This document shows, in pieces, positions 61,501 through 64,000 of a stretch of 64,000 bases of DNA. A program made the translations under genes and the position numbers. The stretch is taken from assembly GCA_964016885.1 (NCBI GenBank), contig CAXHJY010001158.1, forward strand, positions 1 to 64,000, written 5' to 3'. The notes below the pieces were generated by a model that was not told the origin of the DNA, searched no databases, and was given only the letters and a program-made list of their open reading frames with translations. Origin of the DNA: Eledone cirrhosa. Lineage: Eukaryota. Position 1 is the first letter of the stretch, and each line of letters opens with the position of its first letter.

Positions 61501-64000
61501 AGGGATTGACAGAATTTGCCATTCCGGAGAGGGGGCGATCCGTCTGCTTGATTCCGATAACGAACGAGACATTCGTATCCGAAAGAACGTTTGTCTGGAA
61601 ACTGGTGAGTCAGTGAGTCGAAAAAAAAATATCTCGGTGGTAGTAGCAAATATTCGAACGAGACATTCGTATGCGAAAGAACGTTTGTCTGGAAGTGGCG
61701 ATCCATGCTCGGTGGATAGTTGGTTCCGGGTTTTACTATGATTGTTGCAAAACAGAAACTTAAAGGGATTGACAGAATTTGCGATTCCGGAGAGGGGGCG
61801 ATCCGTCTGCTTGATTCCGATAACGAACGAGACATTCGTATCCGAAAGAACGTTTGTCTGGAAACTGGTGAGTCAGTGAGTCGAAAAAAAAATATCTCGG
61901 TGGTAGTAGCAAATATTCGTATGCGAAAGAAAAGATCTCGGTGGTAGTAGCAAATATTCGAACGAGAAATTCGTAGGCGAAAGAAAAATATCTCGGTGGT
62001 AGTAGCAAATATTCGAACGAGACATTCGTATTCGAAAGAACGTTTGTCTGGAAGTTGCGATCCATGCCCGGTGGATAGTTGGTTCCGGGCTTTACTATGA
62101 TTGTTGCAAAACAGAAACTTAAAGGGATTGACAGAATTTGCGATTCCGGAGAGGGGGCGATCCGTCTGCTTGATTTCGATAACGAACGAGACATTCGTAT
62201 CCGAAAGAACGTTTGTCTGGAAACTGGTGAGTCAGTGAGTCGAAAAAAAAAATATCTCGGTGGTAGTAGCAAATATTCGAACGAGACATTCGTATGCGAA
62301 AGAACGTTTGTCGGTGGTAGTAGCAAATATTCGAACGAGACATTCGTATGCGAAAGAACGTTTGTCGGTGGTAGTAGCAAATATTCGAACGAGACATTCG
62401 TATGCGAAAGAACGTTTGTCTGGAAGTGGCGATCCATGCCCGGTGGATAGTTGGTTCCGGGTTTTACTATGATTGTTGCAAAACAGAAACTTAAAGGGAT
62501 TGACAGAATTTGCGATTCCAGAGAGAGGGCGATCCGTCTGCTTGATTCCGATAACGAACGAGACATTCGTATCCGAAAGAACGTTTGTCTGGAAACTGGT
62601 GAGTCAGTGAGTCGAAAAAAAAATATCTCGGTGGTAGTAGCAAATATTCGAACGAGACATTCGTATGCGAAAGAACGTTTGTCGGTGGTAGTAGCAAATA
62701 TTCGAACGAGACATTCGTATGCGAAAGAACGTTTGTCTGGAAGTGGCGATCCATGCCCGGTGGATAGTTGGTTCCGGGTTTTACTATGATTGTTGCAAAA
62801 CAGAAACTTAAAGGGATTGACAGAATTTGCGATTCCGGAGAGGGGGCGATCCGTCTGCTTGATTCCGATAACGAACGAGACATTCGTATCCGAAAGAACG
62901 TTTGTCTGGAAACTGGTGAGTCAGTGAGTCGAAAAAAAAAATATCTCGGTGGTAGTAGCAAATATTCGAACGAGACATTCGTATGCGAAAGAACGTTTGT
63001 CGGTGGTAGTAGCAAATATTCGAACGAGACATTCGTATGCGAAAGAACGTTTGTCTGGAAGTGGCGATCCATGCCCGGTGGATAGTTGGTTGCGGGTTTT
63101 ACTATGATTGTTGCAAAACAGAAACTTAAAGGGATTGACAGAATTTGCGATTCCGGAGAGGGGGCGATCCGTCTGCTTGATTCCGATAACGAACGAGACA
63201 TTCGTATCCGAAAGAACGTTTGTCTGGAAACTGGTGAGTCAGTGAGTCGAAAAAAAAAATATCTCGGTGGTAGTAGCAAATATTCGAACGAGACATTCGT
63301 ATGCGAAAGAACGTTTGTCGGTGGTAGTAGCAAATATTCGAACGAGACATTCGTATGCGAAAGAACGTTTGTCGGTGGTAGTAGCAAATATTCGAACGAG
63401 ACATTCGTATGCGAAAGAACGTTTGTCTGGAAGTGGCGATCCATGCCCGGTGGATAGTTGGTTCCGGGTTTTACTATGATTGTTGCAAAACAGAAACTTA
63501 AAGGGATTGACAGAATTTGCGATTCCGGAGAGAGGGCGATCCGTCTGCTTGATTCCGATAACGAACGAGACATTCGTATCCGAAAGAACGTTTGTCTGGA
63601 AACTGGTGAGTCAGTGAGTCGAAAAAAAAATATCTCGGTGGTAGTAGCAAATATTCGTATGCGAAAGAAAAGATCTCGGTGGTAGTAGCAAATATTCGAA
63701 CGAGACATTCGTAGGCGAAAGAAAAATATCTCGGTGGTAGTAGCAAATATTCGAACGAGACATTCGTATTCGAAAGAACGTTTGTCTGGAAGTTGCGATC
63801 CATGCCCGGTGGATAGTTGGTTCCGGGTTTTACTATGATTGTTGCAAAACAGAAACTTAAAGGGATTGACAGAATTTGCGATTCCGGAGAGGGGGCGATC
63901 CGTCTGCTTGATTCCGATAACGAACGAGACATTCGTATCCGAAAGAACGTTTGTCTGGAAACTGGTGAGTCAGTGAGTCGAAAAAAAAAATATCTCGGTG
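58569..64000 (+). repeat. Chimeric 18S/28S-derived tandem array, copy B, at least 16 monomers (runs off window)
   Basis: Periods 467, 263, 317, 317, 318, 318, 317, 318, 263, 359, 372, 317, 318, 372, 359. Confidence 0.9.

Larger units (their letters stand above)
36912..64000. repeat. Macro-tandem unit copy B (truncated by window end; lacks the CR1-group LINE)
   Basis: Colinear near-identical copy of ~1-27700, differing mainly in tandem-repeat copy numbers and the LINE. Confidence 0.97.

Noticed and set aside
62491-63708. 405-aa and other ORFs (MVPGFTMIVAK..., MSRSLSESS...) in the chimeric array
   Set aside because: Frames shift with poly-A length between monomers, there are no protein motifs, and they are translations of rRNA-derived repeats.

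Overview
Repeat-rich eukaryotic (metazoan) DNA with no recognisable host protein-coding gene. The SINE, MITE and RTE repertoire resembles what I recall from octopus-type genomes, which is inference only. The window holds about 1.8 copies of a near-identical ~33.5-37 kb tandem macro-unit; the offset between copies is 36,911 bp at the start and falls to ~33,400-33,570 bp after a LINE present in only one copy. Each unit has three parts. (i) An array of 1584/1780-bp giant-palindrome satellite units. (ii) About 18-21 kb of decayed retroelements, MITEs, micro- and minisatellites. (iii) A compact relic rDNA unit: a (CCCTAA)n tract, 172-bp spacer repeats, an ETS-like segment and the first ~185 nt of 18S, then a tandem array of 263+54n-bp monomers stitched from non-adjacent conserved 18S and 28S motifs. 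In copy A this is followed by the 28S 3' end and a G-rich telomere-like tract; copy B is cut off by the window edge. The only intact long ORF is a CR1-group LINE ORF2 (APE+RT) in copy A, with a candidate -1 frameshift site. Almost all other ORFs in the track are artefacts of repeats. rRNA and transposon family assignments rest on recalled conserved motifs, not on database searches.
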